In this document: piece by piece, positions 34,801 through 47,171 of the stretch
Numbering within the stretch: position 1 is the stretch's first letter
How the letters are laid out: every line of letters starts with the position of its first letter
Source: Azolla caroliniana
Lineage: Eukaryota; Plantae; Polypodiophyta
Direction: 5' to 3'
Length of the DNA: 64,000 nucleotides
Assembly: GCA_043228905.1 (NCBI GenBank)
Contig: JBHGNT010000015.1
Location: forward strand, 5,952,001 to 6,016,000
Notes under the pieces: generated by a model
The model's input: only the letters and a program-made list of their open reading frames with translations
Database searches by the model: none
Told to the model about the DNA's origin: nothing
Position numbers and translations under genes: made by a program

Positions 34801-35492
34801 ATCGTAAAGATCACCATCGGCTCCACTATTCTCGGATCGACGCACCCTATCTCCCTTGATGTAAATGCAAACGCTTTGCCGTGTTGCTCCAACATCTCGC
34901 GAAACCGTTCCTCTTCTTTCTGTAATAGGAACCCACCTCCACCGATCCGAAGTTTCTTCCGGGTCTCATCCGTGAAGGCATGTCCGATATCCACGGACTT
35001 CCGAAGTGTCGGATCTCCCGAGACTTCTTTCTTCTTTTGTTCGCTATCGGCGGGTAGTGGTCCCGCGGCCGGTTTCACCTTCTTCTCCACGGTCTTGTAT
35101 TTCGTACTTACCATTGCTTCTTCTTTGCGGAGCGCATCCGGCCCCATTTTCGCAACGATCTCGTACATCTCGACCGATTCCACCGGGACTACCCGGTTCC
35201 CTTGGCTTTTATCTTCCGCAAGCTCTTCAAGCCGTTGTAGTGTATTCCCATAGAACACTTCCTCGATCACTCCCACGATTTCTTCGTCTTCTTTTATTAT
35301 TGATGCCGACCGTAACTTATCCTCCACTTGTCGGTATTGTTTCTTCATTCCTCCGGTTACGGCCGTGTACGTAGATGCCCCATCCGGGCCGATTCGTACT
35401 TGTTTTGCTCCGAGAGTTTTCTTCCTGTATGGGGTATCAGGGCTTCTCGGACTATCACTTCCCCACTCCGCAACAGTCCGCTTTAAAAATCC
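31881..35492 (-). CDS. A2 pol (RT, RNase H, integrase), uninterrupted
   Basis: 1155-aa ORF differing from A1 at about 4 residues; entered via -1 slip at 35486-35492. Confidence 0.95.
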   Translation of the reverse strand, partial: GFLKRTVAEWGSDSPRSPDTPYRKKTLGAKQVRIGPDGASTYTAVTGGMKKQYRQVEDKLRSASIIKEDEEIVGVIEEVFYGNTLQRLEELAEDKSQGNRVVPVESVEMYEIVAKMGPDALRKEEAMVSTKYKTVEKKVKPAAGPLPADSEQKKKEVSGDPTLRKSVDIGHAFTDETRKKLRIGGGGFLLQKEEERFREMLEQHGKAFAFTSREIGCVDPRIVEPMVIFTIDHVPWNLKPIPVPRAHIPKVIDLLKEKVAMGILEPSSAPYSNRWFTVPKKNGSLRFIQDLQPVNKVTIRNSGVGPIVDEFAEAFAGRAIYSIGDLYSGYDQFQLAVESRDITTMRTPIGLVRMCTLPQGATNSVAHMMNAMNKVLRDCIPEITMPFLDDIPMKGCAVEEKDETMDDWGCRKFVVDHIHDCEKVLRKLEDVHLTLSGEKSAFGQEEILVVGHLCGPYGRRPSPTKIDAIQAMKEVCESTSEVRRFLGACAFYHIWIPHYAHIADPLYHLLRKGKKFEWKPEHTKAMRKLKKTLWRAESLKKPSYERPIIVTVDTSPTGIGWVINQADSDGSRYPIRFGAKVLNERQRGYAQVKRELWGVVSAIKSDRDYLIGAEVVIETDCLPILGMMRCCTIPDVAMLRWIAYVKSLNPEVRHISGKDNAVADMLSRARFEDDITESDNEEVSEDYFTSEHICRVNVIREFREEEYEGETLMIGKMLQEVEDSTNDKGRRAEIRRKKRQVQKFFLENGLIWRMPKRPDGIPLRVVGTKEQRNRIMSEFHESDWAGHRGTWATFVKIKQRYWWKNMYKDVAEFTESCEKCQVYSGVRHRDELHPTFSPTINFKWMVDIVAMPTGIGQKKYLVLAREDLTNQVEGRALRRKTCAAVCQFLLEEVFCRYGCVGQVIADWGELDSDKARGFFAKHGVRLTLTTAYNPEANGKIERGHSPIVKALAKACDGRVKDWPQMLPYALWADRTTHSSVTGYMPAELMTGQAPVMPTETAIATWTILPWKEEMSREELLAVRIRQLEGRPKDVAEASRRQQEARFRNKSRFDTKHRLRPRRIEEGDWVIVYDSSLDHQHTTMRKFAKRWFGPYEVRKVFDNGTYRLSELDGTILRVPIAGKRVKIFKKRTDDKPYVIQVEADNEEQSDEDHNDAGSEESGLQLIVDIREESEEASDEDGYEESRTSAHTGGCAGLEGASVVV

Positions 35493-37522
35493 ATTCTCAC
35501 TTGGGACAAGAGTTCCCTCTTGTTCCTTTCGTGGTTTGCCGGCACCGTTAGGAATTGGACGGATTTCCCTCCGTTTTGGCTCCGAATTCGCGCAAAAGCC
35601 GCACCACTATCGAGCACCTTCGTCTCCATCCGTGAAGCCGTGATAAAGGGTTGGCCGAGGATGACAGAATGTGAAACCTCATCCTGCACAAAGAAATTTT
35701 GGTCAATTTCGACATCCCCGATCTTTACCGTCACATCCGGACAAGCCGCAAATAGGTCTTCTGTCGTTTTCGTGGCTGCCCGAATCTTCCATCCATGGTT
35801 GGTGTTTATAGGCCACTTCCCCTTTCGGTAGAACTCCTTGGACATCAAGTTGATCTCCGATCCGTGATCAATCAATGCTAGCACGGGTTCTTTGATGTTG
35901 CCGATTCAGACCGGAGTCTCCGTAGTCGCACGTGCCCAGTGTGGCCTTGTATAGTGGGAGTTCGGAATTTCGCCTTCCACTTCGGTGTCGTTCATTGAAA
36001 CGGTATTTGCATTCACCCTTGGAGCATTTTCCTCCGTACTTTGTCTCTTCCTTTTTACGAGATCCACGAGAAGATCGTGAAACTCCTTCTTCGCTATTCC
36101 GAGTAGTTCCCGCAGCGAAAAATCTACCCGGCTATCCAAGATTCTTTCCTCGAACACTCTTTTCAAGTCGGTTTGTTGTTCTATGTCCGAGGCGAGCTTG
36201 AATGCCGGAGTCGCCTTTTCTTTTCCCTTACCTCCGGAGTTCCAGCTTTCCGGTATCTTCGATGGTCCGGCCGCATCCTCCGTGCGCCGTCGTTTCTCGT
36301 CCACATACACCTCATGTAATTGACACAGGGCGTATATGCTATTCTTATCGACAGGGCATTCCCATCCCGTAGCTTCCCGGACGCCTTCCGCGGTGTTTCG
36401 GATATCGTTGGAGTCGGTTTTCTCGGTGTTTCCTAGCACCTCCGGCCAGAAAGACGCCTTCGCTCCCGATGACTCCCCGACACATATTCCCGCGGTTGTC
36501 GCATAGTTGCTTCTTGCCGCTAACTCCTCCTCGAGCACCTTCTTCATGCCGCCTTTCCGGAAGTTCGGTCGGAGTGGCTTCCGAGAGTCCATCGAATGAA
36601 TCCGGTTTCCCTCGTAGTAGATGAGATCCCGTCGTAGCGCCTCCTTATGGTCGTCGCAATCCCTCCGATCGTGTTCGGCGCTATCGCACCATATGCACCG
36701 TCGATCCGTATATTTGGAGCTTGTGGGGCGGTCATCCGACTTCTTCACGATCGCGATCTTTAGATTCTCCATCTCCTTCAGCAGCTGCTCCACCGTAGAC
36801 GCGTCGACTCCCTTCTCGGCCGTAATCTCCCGAGCCCTCGGTTGATGGTCTTCCAGTCCCGTTCTCGGTTTCGGAATCGGTTCCGAAACCCTCTTTTCTT
36901 CGTTGGCAAGCCATTGCCCCCTCTTCGTGTACCGCGCGACGATATCCCGCACGCTTTCCCATGTTTCGGTGAGGCCGCTTTCGGTGGTCGTGTCCTCAAG
37001 AAGCACTCCGAGATCTTTCCGGTCCCGGACGTCCACAGCTCGCAAAAACATGATGACTTTGTCCGGCGCAAGAATAGTTTGATCTCTCGCGGACAGCCTC
37101 CCGAACCGACTTTCGAATGTCGAAAACACTTCGAGGACCTTCAACCCCTTACCTGACGTTTCCACCCAATCCTCGAATCCCCTCCGCGTTGCCTTGGAGG
37201 AGTCCTCGATGGCAAACGTGGTCTTTAACGCCTCCTCGAATGCTTCCCACGTCGGATTTTGTTGTTGCAACCCGTGGATACTCCCTTGAAGCCCGTCGGT
37301 CGCCACCCGGTTAAAGGATGTCACTTGCAGTCCTTCCGAAGCCCGGCACCGGAGCATCTCCGCCTTGTAGTCCTGCAAATATCGCGACACATCCTTACCA
37401 TTAAATTGCCCGTTGCGTTGCACGAGCCGCTCTACTGATGCCGAAATCTCCGACATCGTGCGTTGTTCTTGAAGCATCCGTTCGAACATCGCCATCATAT
37501 TGTTAGCTTGTTGAGCCTCCAT
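35483..37522 (-). CDS. A2 gag-protease ORF with in-frame TGA at 35906-35908
   Basis: Translation identical to A1, including the stop. Confidence 0.88.
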
Positions 37523-40500
37523 CTCCTTGCCACCCGTCTTCACGTCGGGTTCACCAACTGTGTCGTGCCTTTCGGCTCCGGATCGTTGCGTGAGTCGGGT
37601 GGGAACCACAGAGGTCTTGGACTAGGAGAAAAGAAGTTCGTGAGATAGAGAGTAATTATGAGTAAATAGCAAAGAGAAAGATAAGAAACTCGTGAATCAC
37701 ACTAGTATACTATATTAATTGGTACTTAGGGTGTTAAGAGAGAAGTAGATGTATAAATCGTGAATCCCACGAATAATTTTTGTATTAATTAATCCTTAAT
37801 CCCAATAATCAACAACCCTTTACATATTTCTCTCCTTCTTATATAAGGAAAGAAGAGCTAAGCATGGCTTCATGCTTTTTTTTTTTTTTTTTACAAAAAG
37901 TGTTCATGTCCACTAAAATGTGCATGTGATGCTTTTTTATTTCCTAAGTATAGGGCTCATGCACGCTAGATGTGCATGAGTTATTTTTAGTGTCTCGCGT
38001 TTTTCTTTTTCATATATTAAAAAAATACACGATTTACCTTTTAATAAAGGTATGCATAAATAAAGGTCTTATACTTATTAAATCTATATTTAAAACACTT
38101 AAGATAAGTTAATGTAATGGTAAGGTTGGGGTTTGTCAACGTGGAGGTGTAGGGTTCGAATCACGCCCTGCGCAGTAGTGAGTATTTCTTTCTTTTTTTC
38201 TTACATTTATGTCTCTTTATCCGGCTCTTCCTTGCCGGTATGCCGTTTTCCTCCTTGCCGGTATGCCGTTTTTCCTCCTTGCCGGTATGCCGTTTTCCTC
38301 CTTGCCGGTATGCCGTTTTTCCTCCTTGCCGGTATGCCGTTTTCTTCCGGTTCTCACCGAGCACTCCATTCTTTATCCGGAGGGACAAAAATATAATTTC
38401 CACATAGTGTGCAACCTACACTACGACAACGCAGAAGCAGCCAAGGACGCAAATTGGTGTGCCGCTATGGAGGAAGAAATGCGGGCACTTGATGTCAACA
38501 AGACATGGGACCTGGTTGACCCTCCTCGTCACTGTAAACCGATCGGATGCGAGTGGATATACAAGGTAAAGTACAATGTCGACGGTTCTGTTAACCGGTA
38601 TAAAACCCGGTTAGTGGCGAAGGGATACGCGCAGACCCACGGAATCGACTATGATGAGACCTTCGCTCCTGTAGGGAAGATGACGACGGTTCGAGTGGTG
38701 TTGGCGGTTGCTGCGGCAAGGGGATGGCATCTTCATCAGATGCATGTGAAGAATGCATTTCTTCAAGGTGATCTTGAAGAAGAAGTCTTTATGACTCAGC
38801 CTCCCGGTTTTCAATCGGAGATGAACAAGTCGGCAGTATGCCGACTGAAGAAGTCGTTGTACGGCCTAAAGCAAGCCCCATGAGCTTGGAATGCGAAGAT
38901 CACGCATCGGTTGCGTAAGATGGGGTTTGTGGCCTCCAAATCGGATCTTCATTGTTCATCCAACAAGGCTCACCCAATCCAGTATGTTGTATGTTGATGA
39001 TCTAGTCATCACCAGACCGGGTGTTCCAGAAATCAACCGCATCAAGACCCAATTGTCAGACGCATTTGAGATGAAGGATCTGGGGGACCTTCATTATTTT
39101 CTAGGGATTGAGGTGATCCGAACCTCGGACGGCATATTGCTCTCACAACGACATTACGTCTTGAGTATGTTGTACAAGTTCGGCATGACAGAATGTCGAC
39201 CTGTATCCACACCCTTGTACCGGAACAAGAAGCTTCGTCCCAACTCCGGATCGGCCTGCAATGAGCAACGTTTCTGACAAATTGTCGGAAGCCTTATTTA
39301 CTTGACTATCACGTGACCCGACATCAGCTATCCGGTCGGGATGATAAGTTAGTTCATGCAGAAGTCGACCATGGAGCACCTTCAGTGCGCGCACTATTAG
39401 TGGCACGAAGGACCGGGGACTGTTATACTGGTGAGGTATACCCAAAGAGCTTGTCGGTTACACGAATGCCGACTGGGCTGGCGATGCATCAGATCGTCGA
39501 TCAACCTCTGGTTACATGTTTTCCCTAGGTAGCGCGGCTGTTGCGTAGAGCAGCAAAAAGCAGCCAACAGTTGCTCTGTCGAGCACTGAGGCTAAGTATC
39601 GTGGTGCTACCCTTGCCACCTGTGAAGCCATTTGGCTTCGGCGACTACTGCGAGACTTGCGGATCGAGGTACCAACCCCGATCCCGATTTATTGTGATAA
39701 CATCAGCAGCATGCAGCTCGTGGTGTTCCACACTCGCACGAAGCACATAGAAGTGCATTATCACTTTGTGCGTGAGTGGGTCCTGAGCGGTGAAGTTGAA
39801 CTACGGTATGTTCACACGGATCGGCAAGTTGCCGATATCTTCACCAAGCCGCTCGGATCGGACAAGTTGCAGCACTTTGCCGACATGCTTGGTGTTCAGC
39901 ATCTCGACGTGCCGCACTTGAGGGGGAGAAGAAGGGGCAAAGACACCGTTGGAACGGGCAAAGGCAAAGAGACTGTTGCCGACACCGGTAAGGGAAGAAC
40001 CCGAAGAGGGGAAGACAAGGAGGCTGAAGAAGCTGAGGATGGAAGCAAGGCCAAGACACGGACGTGGTCTGATGTGGTGAAGGGCCTTAAACCGAAAGAC
40101 GAGTTGGAGGATACCGACTCGGACAAGAGCTGGAACGAATCGGGGACAGCCGATTCGGACCAACAGACGGATCCAGATGATTCAAATCAACTGGAGGCCA
40201 AGCAGACACGGATCCAACGAAAGTCAATGCCATCGCGGAGGAACCGATGGATCGATAAGTGTTGGAATCATAGTAGTGAAGGAGCTGAGAGGGGCCTATT
40301 GAGCAGACATACCGATCGAGAAGGTCGAGGCGCGCAGAACAAGAGGGGTCGCGGCAAACAGAACCGGACCGGACGAGGAGCGCGAGCAAGGCAGAGCGAC
40401 GCCACGAGAAGTCGGTTGGAAGAACCGACTACCACAGAGACTGGCACTAGGATCCAACCTCAAGTTGAGCTTGAGGGGGAGTGTTGAGTGGCAAGCTCAA

Positions 40501-40900
40501 CTGGAGCCGGATCGGTTGAATAAGCCTAAACCGGCAAGCGAGACGGATCGGTAAGTCGTGAGCAATCGAGCCGGCAAGCAATAGAGCCGGTGAGCTGGGG
40601 AGCCGGTTAGCCAGATCCAATCGGTAACCGGAAGCCTAGTATTAGTTTAGACTACTAGGCAATTATAGTCTCGTAGTAAGTGTCAGAAGCTTGTGTGAGC
40701 ATTGAAGTACGCGGTACTTTTGTCAACCCCATGAGGACTTGTATAAATAGTGCTATTGAGCACAGTTGTAAGAGACAGAGTGATTATATCGTTTTGAATA
40801 TAGTTTTTACGTTGTGCTCTCTCTGTCTCTCCCGTGCACTCTGTGTATTCCCTACTTTCTCTGTTTTCTAACGCTTCCGCAAGTAATCGTTTACAGGAGT

Positions 40901-42125
40901 TGGCTACGAACGGTGGTAGGGTGCAGCCGAGTAGCTCACACGAATTTGTTCTAGTCAAATTTAAACACGAGCTGAATCGACTTTGATTATTGGCGGATTC
41001 TATATATAGAGTGACTACAACCGATTGGCCTAGCCTAGTTGGACCCAAACTAGCTGATTGATTAGTCGATTGGATTTGGAATGGCAATCGGGTGATAAAC
41101 TTGCTCGGAGTGGCTACGGTGAGTGGAGGGGCAAACCGGACTCGTCTTCCCGAATATCACCTAGCCGAATTGAGCACAGTTAACTTCCAGTCCTATTTTG
41201 ATTGCCCATATCAAGGACCAATCATAGATTATGTACCGTTTTGTGCCATTTGTCTAGGCCAATCCTGCTTCAGGTGACTACAATGACGAGAAATACGAAG
41301 TCGACTGATCCTCCTGAATGTCCTCTAGTCGAATCGAGCATGGATGGGCTTGTTCTAGGGTGGAATCTACGACGAGTAGTTACGATGAGCGAGTGGGCAG
41401 TGCCAGATGGCCTACCGATTGCCGTCTAACTTGGTGAAGCACGAGTTACGGTTGAATCGATGGAAAGACCTCACTTCGAGTAGCTATAATCACAAAGGCG
41501 AAGTACAGCCGACTAGCCTACTTTAGGAGTGGTTTAGCTCAGCGAAGTGCCAGTTTTGTAGGTGTTTCTCCTCCAAAAGAGTGATCATTTGAAAGTTGCC
41601 AACTAAGAGATTCCAGTCTAACTGAGATCTCAGAATTTGTTCAAGCAAACAAATCAACTACAAGTTCCTCAAAGGTTTCCAGAGGGTTGTTGATGAAGGC
41701 AAGATGATGGCCAATAGTAGAATCAAAATGCCAAGCTTTGATACCTAATGTTGGAACTAGCCGTCAGGTACGAAACAGAGGAACAACATACAACCCTCTT
41801 CTCATGAAGATCTTAAGTAGATAACAAGTAGTAACAGATTGAAGAAGACAAAGGAAACTTACACAAGAGACAAGATCAAGCAATGAAAGAAACAATGAGA
41901 AGAAAACAAAGTTAGGCACAAAAGAATGAAACTGTATTATTACTCTCTCAAAGTTACAATGGCACAATGTACGAACTGAACAACCTCTCAAACTAGGTTA
42001 CAGAGTCAGTTTCAATATCAACTGACTTAGGGCAACTACCCTTTCCACTATATACATAAATAGCCTAAACCTAGTGTGTCCAATGGGACAATGTGAATAC
42101 GACCATTATACACCTGTATTCGACA
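40901..42125 (-). mobile_element. 5' leader, PBS and 5' LTR (41749-42125) of Copia G
   Basis: Reverse-strand GGTATCAAAGC PBS at ~41735-41745 next to a ..CCAACA end; LTR start TGTCGAATA aligns with a related LTR at 60680. Confidence 0.7.
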
Positions 42126-43539
42126 GATGGTTCCACGTAGCTCATGTGATTCCCATCATTCCTTTGTCTCCACAACAAATATTGAAGAGGTTGCAAAATG
42201 GAATGCAAAGGTTTTATTGGCCATGGTCTCACTCTCTCTAGCTTACCTAGCGGTAAGCTGTTAAACTGCTACCTCTACGCATCGGGTACAAGGCCTAATT
42301 TTCTCATTTCTTTATGACTCCATACATATCCTCTTAATTTACTAGATGCCATTGTGGAATGTAGAGGTTGAACTTTTGGTGTCCATTGGACAACCTTACC
42401 AATTGACGTCCTTTTTATTATTGTAATCACCTTATAATGGCATATACCCTCGAGGCTTAAGCATTTGAATCTTTTTTAAGTTTGATGTGGCCCTAGTGGG
42501 TACTTAATGCATGTTTATCATTTTTTAGAGTCTTGAAAAGCTTAACCTTCATTTTGGAGTTATTGATACTCTTAACATTCTATGCATGCACAAGATGAAG
42601 TATTCTTAAAAGTACCACATCACCTACAAATTTGAAGGTTATATATCATTATAGACGAAGATGAACATTAAACACATGCCATTCTCTCATCACATGTTGC
42701 AATTAATCATGTTTATATTCTCTTCGGAAGAGAATTCACCTTTGAATGATTTTGGTCATGAACAAAAATTTTAACTCGCGAGAGCAACACAAAAACAATG
42801 TGAATTAAGGAACGGTAAAAATAGTACATATTCAACACATTTTCATGGTTGATGAAGTGCATGCTAATTGGAATAATAATCACAGGTATTTTACATTAGA
42901 TGTTTGTTTGTATGTGTGTGTGTTGTCTGTGTTGGGGAGGGGGGTGTCTAGCATTTTTCAGTAGGTAGAAAATTGAGCTTCTGTAGAACACTTAAACATA
43001 AGGCGTTATGTGTGAAGACAACTACAATATAAGAAGATGCAAGAGCATATGCATAGATCAATCTCACATGCAATACATTGATTTTATGTTTGCTATATAT
43101 TGCTCTTGCACTCATCATGTTGTCGATTGATCAGTATTCCAAGTGTATATGCTCTCGATGTATCACATTTTATATGGTTTTGTACTAGGACTCAATAGTG
43201 ATGTGCATCTATTTCAATTAGGAATTATGAATGTTCCACCATTTTTACAATTGTACATAGGATGCTTAATATTTAGTTTCAAAAGGATGATTGTGGATTG
43301 AAAATATACATATTTTGCTTTGTACTTAGTACTAAGGAAAAGAATGAAATCCAATAGTACTTTATCTTATCTCTACATATTTGAGTTGGTTTTATTTGCA
43401 ATATCATGGTCGTCAATGTATCATGTTTGAACGATAAACTCATCATAAATTGGGCCAACATTGCAAAAAAATTGATTTTCAAAAGAACTTAGAAGAAAAT
43501 AAAGAATTTTTGAAATGGTAGGAGTTTTAAGGATGGGAA

Positions 43540-45591
43540 TCAGATGATATGATGATGCACTAATCTTGAAGAATTCAATGAGCTGTGGAGGAAGTTGTAA
43601 CGTTGCCAAACTTGGTTGTCGGCGAAGTTGAAAGCACGCTCCATTTGGGAAAGACAAGTGGCTAAAGGGTAGCTCCCTTGTCCATTTTTTCCACATGGCT
43701 TGCAACCCACAAAATGAGTAATAAATGGCCACTTCTCCCCGACACTAGAGTCCCAACCACATCCATGATATTTCTTAGCACCATCTATTACCAATGAGAC
43801 AAAAGGTGGTTCAATATCATGTTGGCTATTTAATTAGTGGCCATCATACACATAATAGTATTAGTATCAATAGTAAAATTGAATGATTTGTGATTATATC
43901 AATAACATTATCTACTTTGATGTCAATACGAGAAGAATATCCTTATGGGCCAACATTAATAGTATTGATACCATAGATATTGGTGTATGAACATGTATTG
44001 AGGATATCAAGATGGGATCATCATGATTCTAGATCATATATCAACACTAGCACAAAATATTCTAGGTCAATTATTGTTAATGTTATATTTTAATATGAAC
44101 CTTGTTAGATATATTAGAACAACAAAATATTATTCAAATCAATATTTGCATATTCTATATACTTAGTAAGCTAGTAGCATGAGGGTTGAGTATAGTACCA
44201 ATGGTTTCGTTATGTAAAGTCTTCTTGGTCTCCAACATATCATCCATCATCTTGTCAAAAGTTTCAACTATTGGCACCCAATACCCATGTAGACAATAGC
44301 TTGATTCCATGTAGACTTTGTTTCCCCAAACTTCTCGTTGTTTTATTAGCATATACACTAGTGCCGATTGATCATCGGCTTCGAACTCTGGTCGATCACT
44401 GAGGAACTTGGATAACTCTTTACCAACTTCATTCCTAATTGACCCCTTTCGTCCCATCTTGGCCCATTCATCAAGAAAATCAAGTGACCATTGACAATTC
44501 CTTAGGAAAAAGATCCCGGCATTAAGACCTAACCATGACTTCTTCACATACACGTTCTGCTCCCACCCAGGCACAACGAGGTTGTAGTCCTTGTAACGTT
44601 CCATGGGGAGTTTGAACTCCATGTCAGTGATGAGGGCGTCACTATCAATCCACCAGAGCCATTCAACATCCGGGTGTGCTAGCATGAGCTCTCGGAGGAG
44701 CGGGAGCTTCGACCAGAACCCCGACATTTCGTCGGACAGGTGGGCGAGGTTGTAGAACATGGTGATGCCAGTATGGAGGGTGCAATAGTCCATCTTGTTT
44801 TTGATGGATTTCAATAAGAAGTGATCCCCGCTAGGGTTCTCGCATGCAAAGGGGACGGAGCCAGTGACCATTAGGATGGGCGGGCTCGTTACTTTCGAGG
44901 CCTCGTGGTCATTGTGCCCATGCCCATCTCGTTTCCCATGTGTCCTACCAAGTTTCCTTTGCTCATCCCAATCCAGGACTTTAGGGCCCAGACTAAACTT
45001 TAAAGGTGTTGAAGAAGCATTAAATGATTCCTCATTTCTAATTTCCCCTTCACCCTCTGCCTTCTTTATCTCCTCCCTAATCACTTCCCCCTCCTTAATC
45101 TTCCCTATCTCCTTCCTAGTATCCCCCTTAATCACCCCTGCCTCCTTCCTAATCTCCTCCTTAATCACCCCTGCCTCCTTCTTAATATCCTCCTTAATCA
45201 CCCCTCCTTCCTTCCTAATATCCTCCTTAATCACCCCTCCTTCCTTCCTAATATCCGCGCCCATCAGTTGTGTTCCACCCCCTCTGAGCTTCCTGACAAC
45301 CTTGGATTGATCCGCCTCAAGATTGGCCGACACAATCTTCGTGTCGGGCTTATCTCTCTGGGCAGTTAATTGAATGGGCTCAGATTTGATGCTACTGTAC
45401 GTCTCCCTAATCACGCTCTTAACACCGTCATTAGCAGGATGATTATGTCTAACCCCCACCCCTTTGAACAGCAGCAGAGTGATTAATCCACACAGCGCCG
45501 TGAGGATTACTGTCTCCACGCAAGTTTTGCATCTGCTTCTGTTGTGCATAGTTAAACTACTCCTATGACTGGCTAACCCCCGCCTCATCAT
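43540..45591 (-). CDS. Glycosyltransferase family 34 (xyloglucan 6-xylosyltransferase-like), two exons 45591-44199 and 43784-43540, ~545 aa
   Basis: N-terminal TM helix, FWSKLPL, WWIDSDA (DxD), LNAG..RNCQWSL, EADDQSAL, WPFITHFVGCKPCG; GT..AG phase-1 intron 44198-43785 keeps the frame. Confidence 0.92.
45060..45255 (-). repeat. 33-bp coding tandem repeat (IRKEGGVIKED-like) in the GT34 stem region
   Basis: About 5-6 progressively diverged units. Confidence 0.9.
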
Positions 45592-46018
45592 CGGATCTTC
45601 AGTTCCGATAACTTTCTGCGTGAGAACTAAGCTTTGCAATCAAGCTGTAATTAACACGAATTCATGCTGTGAGCTAAGACATGGCAGTGATTATTAACTA
45701 GGGATTGATTAGCCTATGAATTGAGCAAATGTGGGGACTTAATCAAGGTGCAAGTTACCTGAAGGCTGTTGTGCTTTAAGTAAGCTTGATGGGATGTGAT
45801 TAAGCTTAATTATGCTCTGGTTGGGTAGTTAATCTCAGGTTAAATGTGCAAAATGAAGCCTAATTAGGAATGGAGATGGGGGGGTCACATTTATAGTTTT
45901 ATTAAATGGAGAGACTAGATTCTCAAAGTTTTAATAAGATTTCCAAAATACCCCTCCATTCTTTTCAGCCATGTCAATGTATGTGTGTTTGTATGTCTCT
46001 CTCTATACATGTGGTTTT

Positions 46019-46160
46019 CTCTCTCTCTCTCTCTCTCTCATGGGCCAATTTTGGTCTTAGAAGACGTTAATATCTCTGTCTCTCTCTCATGGGCCAATTT
46101 TGGTCTTAGAAGACGTTAATATCTCTCTCTCTCTCTCTCTATTGTGTGTGTGTGTGTGTG
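46019..46160. repeat. (CT)n/(TG)n microsatellites with a ~50-bp direct duplication upstream of the GT34 gene
   Basis: CTCATGGGCCAATTTTGGTCTTAGAAGACGTTAATATCTCT occurs twice. Confidence 0.9.
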
Positions 46161-47016
46161 AGTGTCTTGTCTTACAGTTTACTTGTCCTCTCAATAGACC
46201 ATGACCCCTTGTGAAGACACTTTCCCGATCCCACGTTCATGTTCTAAACCTCCCATTGATGGTAAACCATCTTCATCATGTGTATGCCCACTCTTACATT
46301 GTATTATTTAAGAACTCTATGATACAAGTCTATCATGGGCTTTCATAATTATGTTATGGTAGCTCACAGACAACGAAATGATGGAGCCAACAAAGCGTAT
46401 CTATTTACTTCCCCCCCTCCCCACCCCCCAATCAAAGATCTGAAAATTAAGGATGGAGTATGGAGAGTCCTACCCTATCACATTATCCTCCCCAATAGAG
46501 TGCCCGACAATGAAGACCATCTCAGGCCATGATTTGAATCATTCATGAATCATAACCATCCGACAATTATCTCAAACATCTATTACTTGATGCAATAACC
46601 TTACACCACGCCTTGAACTTGGATGCATTAAGTGTTGCATTGTGATTCCAAAATTCTCTTTATTTTCGAATGTCTATCCTCTTGTCTATGTTTAAGGTCA
46701 TACTTGTTGGACTCCACAATCAACACCGATAATTGTGTTTGACCTCCACGGACATTAGTACGATCTATGTATCTAAACCACAAATACACTTTCTCTCCCT
46801 CCCCCTTATTCATGTAGGTGTCACCAATCATCTTATATTATGATTTTAAATCTCTCTCTCTCTAAAGCACAGAGTCACTAATCTCTCTCCAATGTCCATA
46901 GCATCAATTATATTATGATTTGTACGCTATCTCCATCCGTGTTATGACTTCAACTCTTTCTTTTGAGAAGAACAATTTAATTAGGCTTGATGCACACTCA
47001 CACTCACATTCGCTCA

Positions 47017-47018
<2 letters not shown>

Positions 47019-47060
<42 letters not shown>
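47019..47060. repeat. (CA)n microsatellite
   Basis: Directly visible. Confidence 0.95.
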
Positions 47061-47065
<5 letters not shown>

Positions 47066-47171
47066 TCACTCTCCCTCTAAAATTGGTGTATACATAATAA
47101 TATTAAATTTCATGGCAATACAAAAAACCTTTTAATGACCCTTCTACAATAGTGTATACATAATAAAATTA

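Larger units (their letters stand above)
31073..38428 (-). mobile_element. Full-length young Ty3/Gypsy element A2 (near-identical to A1)
   Basis: LTRs 37561-38428 (5') and 31073-31893 (3'), 4-bp TSD ACGC, Trp PBS 37539-37556. Confidence 0.98.
28349..40487 (+). pseudogene. Copia F polyprotein (28349-31072 + 38433-40487)
   Basis: gag knuckle CWYCGKKGH, VDSAASNHM, HSDMWGP, RT (YVDD), RNase H (TKHIEVHYHF); removing A2 restores EPESYAEAAKD. Confidence 0.9.
27880..40895 (+). mobile_element. Full-length Ty1/Copia element F, decayed; hosts A2
   Basis: LTRs 27880-28253 and 40482-40895, 5-bp TSD GGAGT (27875-27879 / 40896-40900), PBS TGGTATCAGAGC 28254-28265, PPT ending 40481. Confidence 0.96.

Noticed and set aside
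10156-38428. A1/A2 as a large inverted segmental duplication or assembly artefact
   Set aside because: Different TSDs and host elements, plus copy-specific LTR variants: independent insertions.
44155-44198. GT34 ending at the ORF-track stop 44155
   Set aside because: The conserved C-terminal motif is at 43540-43784 and joins in frame via a GT-AG intron.
46200-46830. Possible degenerate coding or TE remnant
   Set aside because: No motif I can identify with confidence.
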